Of a stretch of DNA of 64,000 bases, positions 50,122 through 59,866 are shown one piece after another. This stretch comes from Burkholderiales bacterium (GTDB lineage: Bacteria > Pseudomonadota > Gammaproteobacteria > Burkholderiales > JAHFRG01). The notes beneath the pieces were generated by a model. The model saw only the letters and a list, made by a program, of their open reading frames with translations. It was not told the origin of the DNA and did no database searches. The stretch lies in the NCBI GenBank assembly GCA_035518095.1, contig DATIXX010000005.1:128421-192420 (forward strand), in the 5' to 3' direction. The translations under genes and the position numbers were made by a program. Every line of letters begins with the position of its first letter. Position 1 is the first letter of the stretch.

Positions 50122-51216
50122 ATGTCCCTGAAGTGCGGAATCGTAGGGCTTCCCAATGTCGGCAAATCCACGCTGTTCAATGCCATAACCCGCGCCGGCG
50201 TCGCTGCGGAAAACTATCCATTCTGCACCATTGAACCCAATGTCGGAGTCGTTGAGGTTCCCGACCCGCGGCTCAAGGTGATAGCCGGCATTGCCAAGCC
50301 GCAAAAGGTCCACGCCGCGCTCACGGAATTCGTCGACATTGCGGGGCTGGTCGCAGGTGCATCCAAAGGCGAAGGATTGGGCAACCAGTTTCTCGCTCAT
50401 ATCCGCGAAACCGACGGCATCGTTCATGTGGTGCGCTGCTTCGAGAAAGAAAACGTGGTGCACGTAACGGGCAAGATCGACCCCGTTGCCGACATCCAGA
50501 TCGTAAATACTGAACTTGCGCTCGCCGATTTGGCGACCGTGGAAAAACAGTACGCGCGCTATGCCAAAGCAGCGAAAGCGGGCGGCGACAAGGAAGCGCA
50601 GCACATAATTGCCGTGCTCGACAAGATTGAACCGGCCTTGAATCAAGGTAGGCCCGCGCGCGGCGTGCCGCTGGCCAGAACAGAGCAGGCGATGTTGAAG
50701 CCGATGTTCTTGTTGACGGCGAAACCGGCGATGTATGTGGCCAATGTCGCGGAACATGGATTCGAGAATAACCCGCTTTTGGACAAAGTTTGCACGCATG
50801 CCAATTCGGAGAACGCCCCGGTGATCGCGATTTGCGCGGAGCTGGAAGCCGAGATTGCCGATCTCAGCGAGGAAGACAAGAAGGTTTTTCTTGCGGACAT
50901 GGGCATGCAGGAGCCGGGATTGAACCGCTTAATCCGCGCCGCATTTGATTTACTGGGTCTGCATACTTTCTTCACCGCCGGCCCACGGGAAGTGCGCGCC
51001 TGGACCATCCACAAGGGTGACACCGCATTACAGGCGGCGGGCGAAATTCACACCGACTTCGCAAGAGGTTTTATCCGCGCCGAGGTCATTGCATATACCG
51101 ATTATGTCGCTTGCAAAGGCGAGCACGGTTCGCGCGAGGCGGGAAAAATGCGTCTGGAAGGCAAGGATTACGTGGTAAAAGATGGAGACGTCATTTACTT
51201 CCGATTTAATGTTTAG
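50122..51216 (+). CDS. ychF: redox-regulated ATPase YchF
   Basis: GIVGLPNVGKSTLFNA G1 motif and a C-terminal TGS domain (DGDVIYFRFNV). Confidence 0.96.
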   Translation: MSLKCGIVGLPNVGKSTLFNAITRAGVAAENYPFCTIEPNVGVVEVPDPRLKVIAGIAKPQKVHAALTEFVDIAGLVAGASKGEGLGNQFLAHIRETDGIVHVVRCFEKENVVHVTGKIDPVADIQIVNTELALADLATVEKQYARYAKAAKAGGDKEAQHIIAVLDKIEPALNQGRPARGVPLARTEQAMLKPMFLLTAKPAMYVANVAEHGFENNPLLDKVCTHANSENAPVIAICAELEAEIADLSEEDKKVFLADMGMQEPGLNRLIRAAFDLLGLHTFFTAGPREVRAWTIHKGDTALQAAGEIHTDFARGFIRAEVIAYTDYVACKGEHGSREAGKMRLEGKDYVVKDGDVIYFRFNV

Positions 51217-51447
51217 CAAAACTACTGCGCGGCCGATCTGCGGTGTTGCGCGCTCGCTCAAGGCTCGCCGTACTTTCCTTGTACTGTCTCGCCTTTCGCT
51301 CGCCCGCGCCTAGCATCTCGGCCTGCTCGCAACGTTTTGCATAGACCCGCAGTGTGCTAAATTACCGCTTAAGAATTAACTTCCATTTCTGGGTAATGTT
51401 TACCCCACATGTACTTCCGATTTTAAAGGCACGTTTCACGTCAGCCC

Positions 51448-52131
51448 ATGAACTGCTGGATCTGCGGTGACGAGGCCGATTCACGCGAACACTTGATCAA
51501 AGCGTCGGATTTAAGGTCGGTGTTCGGGAGTGTCACCCAGAAGAAGCCTTTCTATTTCCATGCCAGTGATCACAGAAATCAGCCTATCGTAGGTATCAAA
51601 TCGGATAAACTAAAATACAACGCCCGAATTTGCAGAAGCTGCAACAACGAACGAACCCAGCCACATGACCGTGCATGGGAACGGCTTTCGGGCTATTTGC
51701 GGTCTAGGAACCCGCCAATTCGGCACGGTACCCTTATTCATCTAGAAAAAGTGTTCCCTGGGTCCATAAGACGGTCGATGCTCGGAGTGCACCTTTTTTT
51801 CCTGAAGCTTTTCGGGTGCCTCATCGTCGAACATTCAATCCCGCTTGACGTTTCAGTTTTCTCCAGCGCTATTCTTCACGAGGTACCTCATCCAAAGGTA
51901 CACCTCGTGTATTACAATGAACTCAACGAACCGTCGCGAAAGCGTGTACGCCGAACTTACGTGAAGACTGCCTCCCTCAACGGCCAGATAGTCTATGCGG
52001 GGTGGTTTTACTATGTCGGGCGCATTGCCGTAAATATCACTTATTCTGAGCCGACCGAACATCGGAAGGGTCTCGTACACTCGTGGCATCCGTCAACAGT
52101 TGGAAAGCGTGTGCGGATCATCGGTCTATGA
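51448..52131 (+). CDS. hypothetical protein with N-terminal HNH-like (Cys4/His) motif
   Basis: C3-x2-C6, E14-H15, C62-x2-C65-N66-N67 and H73 fit a zinc-stabilised beta-beta-alpha-Me layout. The remaining ~150 aa carry no motif I recognise. The SD is weak. Confidence 0.45.
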   Translation: MNCWICGDEADSREHLIKASDLRSVFGSVTQKKPFYFHASDHRNQPIVGIKSDKLKYNARICRSCNNERTQPHDRAWERLSGYLRSRNPPIRHGTLIHLEKVFPGSIRRSMLGVHLFFLKLFGCLIVEHSIPLDVSVFSSAILHEVPHPKVHLVYYNELNEPSRKRVRRTYVKTASLNGQIVYAGWFYYVGRIAVNITYSEPTEHRKGLVHSWHPSTVGKRVRIIGL

Positions 52132-52242
52132 AACATAAATTAACTACCCAGCCGACTCGTGCAAGCAGCGTTTGGCTCACTTACATGAGACGCTGCTGAC
52201 CGTAGTCAGGCTTAGCAACAATTTCTTCAAAGGGGAGGCCAT

Positions 52243-53037
52243 GTGAGACTGCGGCTTGCTTATTTATTATTTGCTGTTCAAATCGGTTTGGTCCAACCGG
52301 CCCATGGGGAAACAGCGTCGAGAGTAGTTGATATTTCAACTCGCCCCGGTGTAACGCAAAGATTTATTTACATCTCGCCCGCCAGCCCCAAAGCTGCGGT
52401 TGTACTTTTCGCCGGCGGAGACGGCGGACTACGGATTTCTTCGGAAGGCACCTTGAAGTGGGGAGCAGGCAATTTTTTGGTTCGTACGCGCCAGCTGTTC
52501 GCCGACAAGGGGCTGGCCGTCGCTGTCGTCGATGCTCCTTCCGACCGCCAAAGCTACCCTTACCTCACCGGATTTCGCCAGAAACCGGAACATGTTGCAG
52601 ACATAAAGGCCGTCATCGCTTGGCTGAAGCAGCAAAACAATCTCCCGGTATGGCTGATCGGTACAAGCCGTGGAACCCAATCGGCTGCGTATATTGCCAC
52701 TCAACTCAGCCCCGCTAACGGCGGCCCCGACGGATTGGTGCTCACCTCCACGATTTTGACAGACAACCAAAGTCGTCCGGTCACGGATATGGCGCTTGAA
52801 CAAATCTCGATACCCGTCTTGGTTGTGCATCATGAGCAAGACGGTTGCAAGCTTTGCGCTTATTCTAATATACCGCGCCTCATGGACAAACTGCCTTCCG
52901 GCAACAGGAAAGAACTCATCACCATGCACGGCGGCGATGATCGCGGCGATCCTTGCGAAGCTTTTGCCCATCATGGATTTAACGGCTTGGAGAGCGAAGT
53001 AGTCGAAAAAATTGCAGCTTGGATTGAAGGCCGTTGA
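52243..53037 (+). CDS. secreted alpha/beta hydrolase (dienelactone-hydrolase-like)
   Basis: GTG start 7 nt after a GGGGAGG SD. Signal peptide MRLRLAYLLFAVQIGLVQPAHG. Nucleophile elbow GTSRG, with late Asp/His candidates (HHEQDGC, AFAHHGF). Confidence 0.75.
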   Translation: MRLRLAYLLFAVQIGLVQPAHGETASRVVDISTRPGVTQRFIYISPASPKAAVVLFAGGDGGLRISSEGTLKWGAGNFLVRTRQLFADKGLAVAVVDAPSDRQSYPYLTGFRQKPEHVADIKAVIAWLKQQNNLPVWLIGTSRGTQSAAYIATQLSPANGGPDGLVLTSTILTDNQSRPVTDMALEQISIPVLVVHHEQDGCKLCAYSNIPRLMDKLPSGNRKELITMHGGDDRGDPCEAFAHHGFNGLESEVVEKIAAWIEGR

Positions 53038-53078
53038 GCCGCCGTTGTTTTCTTTTCATATGTCCGCGCGAAAAGCCT

Positions 53079-54077
53079 TTAGCGCAGCCATCTGATTCGC
53101 CAGAACACGAAAAGCAGGCCAAGTACGATGGCGAGCATGAATACCATTAGCACATAGAAGCTGCCCTCCCATTCCAGGAACGGCATGTGCTTTAAGTTCA
53201 TGCCGAAGATGCCGGTCAGCAATGTCAGCGGCATGAAGATGGTGGTAATTACGGTTAAGAGACGAATTTGCAGGTTGATGCGGTTGCTGAGACTGGTGAC
53301 GTAAATATCCATCAGCCCCGCGAGCAGATCGCGTATCGCGTCCAGAGATTCGACGACGTAAACGGTATGGTCGTAGATATCTCGCAGGAAAGGCAGGGTA
53401 TCATGTGCAATCAGCATGTTCTCGCCGCGCGCAAGCTGGGCCGCCACTTCCCGCAGTGGCAGCACCGCGCGGCGCAGAAACAAGGTTTTTCTGCGAATGC
53501 CGTGCAATTCCCTCAATAGCTTCTGCGTGGGGCGCGTGACCACCAAGCTTTCCAGCGCCTCCGCGTGTTCCGCCAGTCCTTCGACACAGGCGAAATAACG
53601 GTCGACAACGGAGTCGAGCAGCCCATAAACGAGATAGTCCGCGCCTTTTTTGCGGATCTGACCCTTGGCATTTTTCAACCGCTCGCGCAATGTGGCGAAG
53701 GTACCTGTCGGTTTTTCCTGAAAAGAAAGCACATATCCGGTGCCGAGCACGATGCTTACCTGATCTGTCGTAATGATATGGCTTGCAGCGTCGTATTCAA
53801 CAGCTTTGGCGACGAAGAAAAGATAAGCGCCGTAATCCTCCATTTTCGGCCGCTGGTCAGTGTTGACGATGTCTTCGAGCACCAGCGGGTGCAGGTTGAA
53901 GCGCTTACCGATTTCGTCTAGCAGCACAGGATCGTTCAGGCCATACAGGTTTAGCCAGAACGTCCGATCGGAGGTTACGGAAACTTGCGCAATGGACGCG
54001 AGCTGCTCTTCTCGGCAATTGTCGGCGCCGTATTCAATCAGCGTGAGTATCGATTTTCCGGCCGCCGGCTTGCCCAC
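53079..54077 (-). CDS. corA: magnesium/cobalt transporter CorA
   Basis: Two C-terminal TM helices with the GMN signature (IFGMNLKHMP). Confidence 0.92.
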   Translation of the reverse strand: MGKPAAGKSILTLIEYGADNCREEQLASIAQVSVTSDRTFWLNLYGLNDPVLLDEIGKRFNLHPLVLEDIVNTDQRPKMEDYGAYLFFVAKAVEYDAASHIITTDQVSIVLGTGYVLSFQEKPTGTFATLRERLKNAKGQIRKKGADYLVYGLLDSVVDRYFACVEGLAEHAEALESLVVTRPTQKLLRELHGIRRKTLFLRRAVLPLREVAAQLARGENMLIAHDTLPFLRDIYDHTVYVVESLDAIRDLLAGLMDIYVTSLSNRINLQIRLLTVITTIFMPLTLLTGIFGMNLKHMPFLEWEGSFYVLMVFMLAIVLGLLFVFWRIRWLR

Positions 54078-54223
54078 GTTACCCTTCGAGCCCGTAGATA
54101 TTTCCTGCGTAATAGACCCGCTGGGGATGGATTTAATGGCAGCCTCCGCAGTAATTTTAAAAAGGTTGGTCGCAATGTTACCATTACCCGGTTTAGAAGG
54201 AGAAAGACGGGATCGAGGTAACC

Positions 54224-54952
54224 ATGTCTGGCCACAGCAAATGGGCGAACATCAAGCATAAAAAAGCTGCTGCAGATGCCAAGCGCGGCAAAATTTTCAC
54301 GCGCCTGATAAAGGAAATCACGGTGGCGGCGCGGCTTGGTGGCGGTGACCCCGCGATGAATCCAAGGCTGCGCCTGGCGATTGACAAGGCCAGCGAAAAT
54401 AACATGCCCAAGGATAACGTCGAGCGGGCTATCAAACGCGGCACCGGCGATCTGGAAGGCGTGCATTACGAAGAGGTGCGTTACGAAGGCTATGGCGCGG
54501 GAGGCGCTGCGGTTATCGTGGACTGCATGACTGACAACCGGGTGCGCACTGTGGCAGACGTGCGCCATGCGTTCGCCAAGAATGGCGGAAATCTGGGAAC
54601 GGACGGCTCCGTCGCGTATCTGTTCAAGCATTGCGGGCAGCTGGTGTTCGCGCCCGGCACCAATGAAGACAAACTGATGGAAGCGGCGCTGGATGCCGGA
54701 GCGGAGGACGTGATCACCAATGACGACCGAAGCATCGAAGTGATCAGTGCACCGCAAGATTTCGCCACGGTCAAGGATAAGCTGCAAAAGCACGGCTTCA
54801 AGTCGGAACTGGCCGAGATCATCATGAAGCCGCTCAATGAAAATCCGCTTAAAGGAGGCGATGCAGCGCGCATGCAAAGACTTCTAGAAGCGCTCGAGGC
54901 TCTCGACGATGTGCAGGAGGTTTATACGAACGCGGTAATCAGTGAGCAGTAA
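54224..54952 (+). CDS. yebC: YebC/PmpR-family DNA-binding transcriptional regulator
   Basis: [29 protein letters not shown]-terminus. It lies upstream of ruvC. Confidence 0.95.
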   Translation: MSGHSKWANIKHKKAAADAKRGKIFTRLIKEITVAARLGGGDPAMNPRLRLAIDKASENNMPKDNVERAIKRGTGDLEGVHYEEVRYEGYGAGGAAVIVDCMTDNRVRTVADVRHAFAKNGGNLGTDGSVAYLFKHCGQLVFAPGTNEDKLMEAALDAGAEDVITNDDRSIEVISAPQDFATVKDKLQKHGFKSELAEIIMKPLNENPLKGGDAARMQRLLEALEALDDVQEVYTNAVISEQ

Positions 54953-54972
54953 GGAGTACGCGGAAACCGAAG

Positions 54973-55539
54973 ATGAAACCGAAAAATCCAGTCACGCAGA
55001 ACGCCTTACTGCTCTCCGCTCAGTCCGTACGTATTCTGGGCATTGACCCGGGATTGAGAGCCACCGGTTTCGGCATACTGGATAAATGCGGAGCAAAGCT
55101 CAATTATGTTACCAGCGGCCGCATCAAAACGGCGGCAGGCGAACTCGCCCCACGCCTCAAGACCATACTGGACGGCGTGAATGAGGTAATTACCCAATAC
55201 CGACCGCATCAGGTGGCGGTGGAAAAAGTATTCGTCAGCGCTAATCCGCAATCAACGCTGCTTTTAGGCGAAGCACGCGGCGCCGCGATCTGTGCTGTGG
55301 TGGAAAAGGATTTACCGTTGTCGGAATACACGGCTTTGCAGGTTAAGCAGGCGGTGGTCGGTACGGGCCATGCTAAAAAAGAACAGGTTCAGGAAATGGT
55401 AAGCAGGCTTCTACGCCTGACCGGCATCCCCAGTCTCGACGCGGCGGACGCTTTAGCTTGCGCCATTTGTCATGCGCATGCGGGTTTCGGCAAACTTGGG
55501 GCCACGGGTCACAGAATCAAAAAAGGGAGGTTGGTGTGA
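54973..55539 (+). CDS. ruvC: crossover junction endodeoxyribonuclease RuvC
   Basis: [16 protein letters not shown] catalytic Asp motif and C-terminal [14 protein letters not shown]. There is a ~20 aa N-terminal extension with no alternative start seen. Confidence 0.92.
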   Translation: MKPKNPVTQNALLLSAQSVRILGIDPGLRATGFGILDKCGAKLNYVTSGRIKTAAGELAPRLKTILDGVNEVITQYRPHQVAVEKVFVSANPQSTLLLGEARGAAICAVVEKDLPLSEYTALQVKQAVVGTGHAKKEQVQEMVSRLLRLTGIPSLDAADALACAICHAHAGFGKLGATGHRIKKGRLV

Positions 55540-56111
55540 TAGGACGCATCACCGGTACATTAATCGAAAAGCACCCGCCTTTGGTTTTGCTTGACGTGCA
55601 GGGCGTGGGTTATGAAATTGACGTGCCGATGAGCACCTTTTACCAATTGCCCTCGATCGGCAGCGAGGTAACGCTGCACACGCATTTGCTGGTGCGCGAA
55701 GACGCGCATTTGCTATTTGGTTTCGGCAGCGAAGCGGAGCGCACCGCTTTTCGCCAGTTGCTTAAAATATCCGGAGTGGGCGCGCGCACTGCGCTCGCGG
55801 TTTTAAGCGGCTTGAGCGTGGCCGATTTGCAGCATGCGGTTCGCGCGGAAGACAGCGCGCGGCTCACCAAGATTCCGGGCATCGGCAAAAAGACGGCGGA
55901 GCGACTGCTTCTGGAATTGCGCGGAAAACTGGAATTTATCCTAAGCCCCGAAGGTGCTCCGCCAGTAATCAGAAGCCAGGATGTTCTCAATGCGCTGCTG
56001 GCGTTGGGCTATAATGAGCGCGAAGCTGGGTGGGCAATCGAGCAATTGTCCGACAATTTGCCGGTCGCGGATGGCATACGCCAGGCGCTGAAATTATTGT
56101 CGAAGGGGTGA
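55536..56111 (+). CDS. ruvA: Holliday junction branch migration complex subunit RuvA
   Basis: GTG start overlapping the ruvC stop (GTGA). IGRITGTL N-terminus and HhH motifs ([21 protein letters not shown]). Confidence 0.93.
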   Translation: MIGRITGTLIEKHPPLVLLDVQGVGYEIDVPMSTFYQLPSIGSEVTLHTHLLVREDAHLLFGFGSEAERTAFRQLLKISGVGARTALAVLSGLSVADLQHAVRAEDSARLTKIPGIGKKTAERLLLELRGKLEFILSPEGAPPVIRSQDVLNALLALGYNEREAGWAIEQLSDNLPVADGIRQALKLLSKG

Positions 56112-56200
56112 GACGCAACGAGCAAAGAGTCAAGGAGCAGAATACAAATGCACCCGCAGATGCTTTTGCCACCCACCCCTTACGCCAGACCCCTTGCGGA

Positions 56201-57238
56201 ATGATCGAGACCGACCGCCTGATTACCGCTGCACCCCTGTCTCCCCAGGAAGAAGCGCTGGAGCGAACTCTTCGCCCTAAAAGCTTAAGCGAATATATCG
56301 GCCAGGAAAAAATCCGCGCGCAACTGGAAGTCTTCATCAAGGCTGCACGCCAGCGCAGCGAGTCGCTGGATCACGTTTTGTTGTTTGGACCGCCCGGACT
56401 GGGCAAAACCACGCTCGCGCACATTATCGCGCGGGAAATGGGAGTAAACCTGCGCCACACCTCGGGCCCAGTGCTAGAACGCGCTGGCGATCTCGCAGCG
56501 ATACTTACCAATCTTGAGCCGGACGATGTTCTGTTTATCGATGAAATCCATCGCTTGAGTGCTGTGGTCGAGGAGATTCTTTACCCGGCTCTGGAAGAGT
56601 ACCAGATAGACATTATGATAGGTGAAGGCCCGGCGGCCCGTTCGGTGAAACTTGATTTACCGGCATTTACCTTGATCGGGGCCACCACCCGAGCGGGCAT
56701 GCTGACCAATCCGCTTCGTGACCGCTTTGGCATCGTGGCGCGACTGGAATTTTATTCGGCCGAGGAATTGATGCAGATCGTAGTTCGCTCCGCGCGGCTG
56801 CTGAACGTGGAAATCAGCGCTGACGGCGCGCAGGAAATCGCCGGCCGCGCGCGGGGCACCCCGCGAATTGCCAACCGGCTGCTGCGCCGAGTACGCGATT
56901 ATGCGGAAGTAAAGGCCAAGGGAGCAATCAGCCGCGAAATCGCCGACGCGGCTTTGAGAATGTTGGACGTGGACGCCATTGGGCTCGATGTGATGGACCG
57001 CAAACTGCTGCTCGCGGTTATGGAGAAATTCGCCGGCGGCCCGGTTGGGGTGGATAATCTTGCCGCGGCTATAGGAGAGGAGCGCGACACGATTGAAGAC
57101 GTGCTGGAGCCGTATCTGATCCAGCAGGGTTATCTGCAGCGCACGCCGCGCGGTCGCATGGCGACCGCCATCGCATACCGGCACTTCGGCCTGGCAAGGC
57201 CCACAAATAATGCGACCGGCGAGCTGTGGAAGGAGTGA
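56201..57238 (+). CDS. ruvB: Holliday junction branch migration DNA helicase RuvB
   Basis: [13 protein letters not shown], Walker [10 protein letters not shown] and FIDEIHRL. The track ORF (from 56030) is trimmed to the Met at 56201. Confidence 0.96.
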   Translation: MIETDRLITAAPLSPQEEALERTLRPKSLSEYIGQEKIRAQLEVFIKAARQRSESLDHVLLFGPPGLGKTTLAHIIAREMGVNLRHTSGPVLERAGDLAAILTNLEPDDVLFIDEIHRLSAVVEEILYPALEEYQIDIMIGEGPAARSVKLDLPAFTLIGATTRAGMLTNPLRDRFGIVARLEFYSAEELMQIVVRSARLLNVEISADGAQEIAGRARGTPRIANRLLRRVRDYAEVKAKGAISREIADAALRMLDVDAIGLDVMDRKLLLAVMEKFAGGPVGVDNLAAAIGEERDTIEDVLEPYLIQQGYLQRTPRGRMATAIAYRHFGLARPTNNATGELWKE

Positions 57239-57648
57239 CGCCGAGCGGGACATTTAGTTGGCCGATACGGGTCTATTACGAGGACACCGACAGCGGCGGC
57301 GTGGTGTACTACGCCAACTATCTCAGATTTCTTGAGCGGGCCCGCGCCGAGTGGCTGCGCTCATTTGGTTTCGAACAAACTGACTTGCTGCATGAACAAG
57401 GCGTGATTTTTGTAGTGCGGGCAATCACTGTGGATTATCTCAAGCCCGCGCTGTTCAACGACTTGCTTGGGGTAACGGTAGAACTTGAAGAAATCCGAAA
57501 AGGCCAGATCGCGCTGGCGCAAAGCGTGCGCCGCGGGCAGGTGTTGCTGGCAGACGCGCGCGTAAGGCTGGCATGCGTAGGGTCCACTTCCTTCAAGCCC
57601 GTTAAAATACCGGCCGCCATAATCGAAAAACTTGGAATGTACCTGTGA
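57235..57648 (+). CDS. ybgC: tol-pal-associated acyl-CoA thioesterase YbgC (4HBT family)
   Basis: [20 protein letters not shown] motif. GTGA overlap with the ruvB stop; the alternative start is GTG at 57226. Confidence 0.88.
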   Translation: MTPSGTFSWPIRVYYEDTDSGGVVYYANYLRFLERARAEWLRSFGFEQTDLLHEQGVIFVVRAITVDYLKPALFNDLLGVTVELEEIRKGQIALAQSVRRGQVLLADARVRLACVGSTSFKPVKIPAAIIEKLGMYL

Positions 57649-58331
57649 AACTCAATATTACTCAGGATTTGACTTTATTCGGAATGGTTGCTAACGCCAG
57701 CGTGCTGGTACAGCTGGTCTTGCTGCTACTGCTGCTGGTGTCGCTGATATCCTGGTGGTACATATTCATCAAGATGTTCGTCATCAGTCGCGCTATCCGG
57801 CGCACCGAGGATTTCGAAAAGGACTTCTGGAGCGGCAAGGACTTGAACAGCCTATATCAAGCCGTAGTGAACGCGCGGCGCCGCGCGGGCAGCCTGGAAA
57901 GAATCTTTGAAGCGGGCTTCCGCGAATTTGCCAAGTTCAAGCACCAGAGGGGCGTGGACATCAGCGTGGTGATGGACGGCACGCGGCGCGCCATGACCGC
58001 AACCTACCAAAGGGAGATAGACCGCCTGGAAACCCATTTGTCGTTTCTCGCAACGGTGGGATCGGTGAGCCCTTATGTCGGGCTGTTTGGCACTGTGTGG
58101 GGAATCATGAACGCTTTCCGTGGTCTTTCCAATGTGGCGCAAGCCACACTTGCGCACGTGGCACCCGGGATAGCGGAAGCGCTTGTGGCCACCGCCATGG
58201 GGTTGTTCGCCGCGATACCTGCGGTGGTGGCTTACAACCGCTATGCGCGCGACATTGAACGCCTTGCGATCCGCTTTGAAAGCTTCATGGAAGAGTTTTC
58301 GAATATTCTGCAGAGGCAGACGCACGTATGA
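57645..58331 (+). CDS. tolQ: Tol-Pal system protein TolQ
   Basis: MotA/TolQ/ExbB family, 3 TM helices, with the PYVGLFGTVWGIM motif. Confidence 0.93.
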   Translation: MKLNITQDLTLFGMVANASVLVQLVLLLLLLVSLISWWYIFIKMFVISRAIRRTEDFEKDFWSGKDLNSLYQAVVNARRRAGSLERIFEAGFREFAKFKHQRGVDISVVMDGTRRAMTATYQREIDRLETHLSFLATVGSVSPYVGLFGTVWGIMNAFRGLSNVAQATLAHVAPGIAEALVATAMGLFAAIPAVVAYNRYARDIERLAIRFESFMEEFSNILQRQTHV

Positions 58332-58750
58332 GGGAACGTCGCCAGGGACTCCGCCTGATGAATCAAATTAACGTCGTCCCTTATATTGATGTGATGCTGG
58401 TCCTGCTGGTCATCTTCATGATTACCGCGCCGCTCATCAATCCCGGGGAAATCGACCTGCCGCAAATCGGCAAATCGCTGACTCCGCCGGTCGCGCCATT
58501 GGAAGTTGGCATTAAGGCCAATAACACGCTACTTTTGCGCGACCGGTCGATTTCTCCATCGGAACGCGTGGTGTCCAGGGAAGAACTGATTCAGGCGATC
58601 AAAGTGAAGCAGAGCAAAAATCCCGACCAGCCGGTGGTAATCGCAGCGGATAAGAACGTGCGGTACGAAGACGTATTAAAGGTAATGGATATGTTGCAGC
58701 AAAATCAGGTGAAAAAAATCGGACTGTTGGTAAAGCCGAGGTCTGGGTGA
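58328..58750 (+). CDS. tolR: Tol-Pal system protein TolR
   Basis: ExbD/TolR family: INVVPYIDVMLVLLVIFMITAP. Confidence 0.9.
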   Translation: MRERRQGLRLMNQINVVPYIDVMLVLLVIFMITAPLINPGEIDLPQIGKSLTPPVAPLEVGIKANNTLLLRDRSISPSERVVSREELIQAIKVKQSKNPDQPVVIAADKNVRYEDVLKVMDMLQQNQVKKIGLLVKPRSG

Positions 58751-59574
58751 TGCGTTTCACTGGCGAGCCGGAGCCGGGTCGGGGCGCCGCAGCTTTTCTC
58801 GCGATACTCATGCACGTCCTGTTTCTAGGATTGCTGGTATTCGGCCTGAGCTGGCAAAGCAGATATCCACAAGTGACCACCGTTGATCTATGGAGCAATC
58901 TTCCTGCGCCGCCCCGGCCGGTCGTGCTGCCGCAACCTCCTCATGAAATCGAAGCTGCTCCTCCGCCAAAACCGCAAGTGAAGCCTGAACCTGTGCCCGA
59001 GGCAAAGCCGGAAGCAAAACCGGAGCCGAAGCCGGAACCGATCAATCCAGATATTCTTTTAAGACAAAAAGCTGAAAAAGAAAAGGCCGAAAAGGAAAAA
59101 GCGGAAAAAGAAGAAGCGGAGAAACTTAAGCTCGAGCAGCAGAAAATCGCCGAAAACAAGCGCAAGATCGAAGCTGAGCAACAAAGCTTTGTCAAAGAGC
59201 AGTTGGCCAAGGAAGATGAGGCTTTGCAGTTGCAGCGGGATAAGGAGAATGCAATTCAACAACTGCAGGCCGATCAACAAGCCGCACAAAGTCGCCTGAT
59301 TGCAGACTACATAAATAAAATCCAGGCCAAGATTCGAAGCTATGTCGTGGTGCCGCCCGACATGAAAGGCAACCCACAGGCAGTATACAAGGTGGTTCTG
59401 CTTCCGGACGGCGAAGTATTAAGCGCGCAAATGGAGAAAAGCAGCGGTTTCCCCGCGTATGACAACTCGATTGAGCGCGCCATATATAATGCGCAGCCGC
59501 TGCCGCTTCCTTCCGATCCTACCCAGTTCCCAAATTTCCGTGTCCTTGATTTGCGGTTCCGCCCCAACGATTGA
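58747..59574 (+). CDS. tolA: Tol-Pal system protein TolA
   Basis: N-terminal TM helix, a Pro-rich segment, a K/A/E-repeat helical domain (KAEKEKAEKEKAEKEEAEK) and a TolA/TonB-like C-terminal domain. Confidence 0.85.
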   Translation: MMRFTGEPEPGRGAAAFLAILMHVLFLGLLVFGLSWQSRYPQVTTVDLWSNLPAPPRPVVLPQPPHEIEAAPPPKPQVKPEPVPEAKPEAKPEPKPEPINPDILLRQKAEKEKAEKEKAEKEEAEKLKLEQQKIAENKRKIEAEQQSFVKEQLAKEDEALQLQRDKENAIQQLQADQQAAQSRLIADYINKIQAKIRSYVVVPPDMKGNPQAVYKVVLLPDGEVLSAQMEKSSGFPAYDNSIERAIYNAQPLPLPSDPTQFPNFRVLDLRFRPND

Positions 59575-59866
59575 GAGCCTCTAACACGGTGAAGCGAATC
59601 GTGCCACGGCGTCGGTTTCGGGTACAGGCTGCGCAGCGGGCGGCGAAGTTGGATTGCTCTCCAACAAGCGCCAAGCGGCTGGGGCACGGGGTGAAAACCG
59701 TGCCGCTCCGCAGGGTTGCGGCAAAAAAAGCGCGCTTGCTTTGTTACTTGGCTCGATCGATGTTCCAGCATAAAACGCGCTTGGCGTTGCGCGTCCATTG
59801 CTTTCCTGTAGGGCAAATCCGTTTCAGTGTGTCAGAGGCTGTTCCTCTACGCTATAATGGCGCGCA

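Noticed and set aside
51217-51447. The 230-bp sequence after ychF, considered as an att site or tRNA fragment marking an integration event.
   Set aside because: No tRNA-like arm and no direct repeat with the corA-proximal flank (53038-53078) could be found by eye. It is kept only as context for the islet finding.
58900-59250. Repetitive DNA in tolA (PKPEP and KAEKEKAEKEKAEKEEAEK repeats) as a candidate tandem repeat or CRISPR-like array.
   Set aside because: The repeats are in-frame codon repeats encoding the usual Pro-rich and Lys/Ala/Glu helical linker of TolA. There is no spacer-repeat architecture.
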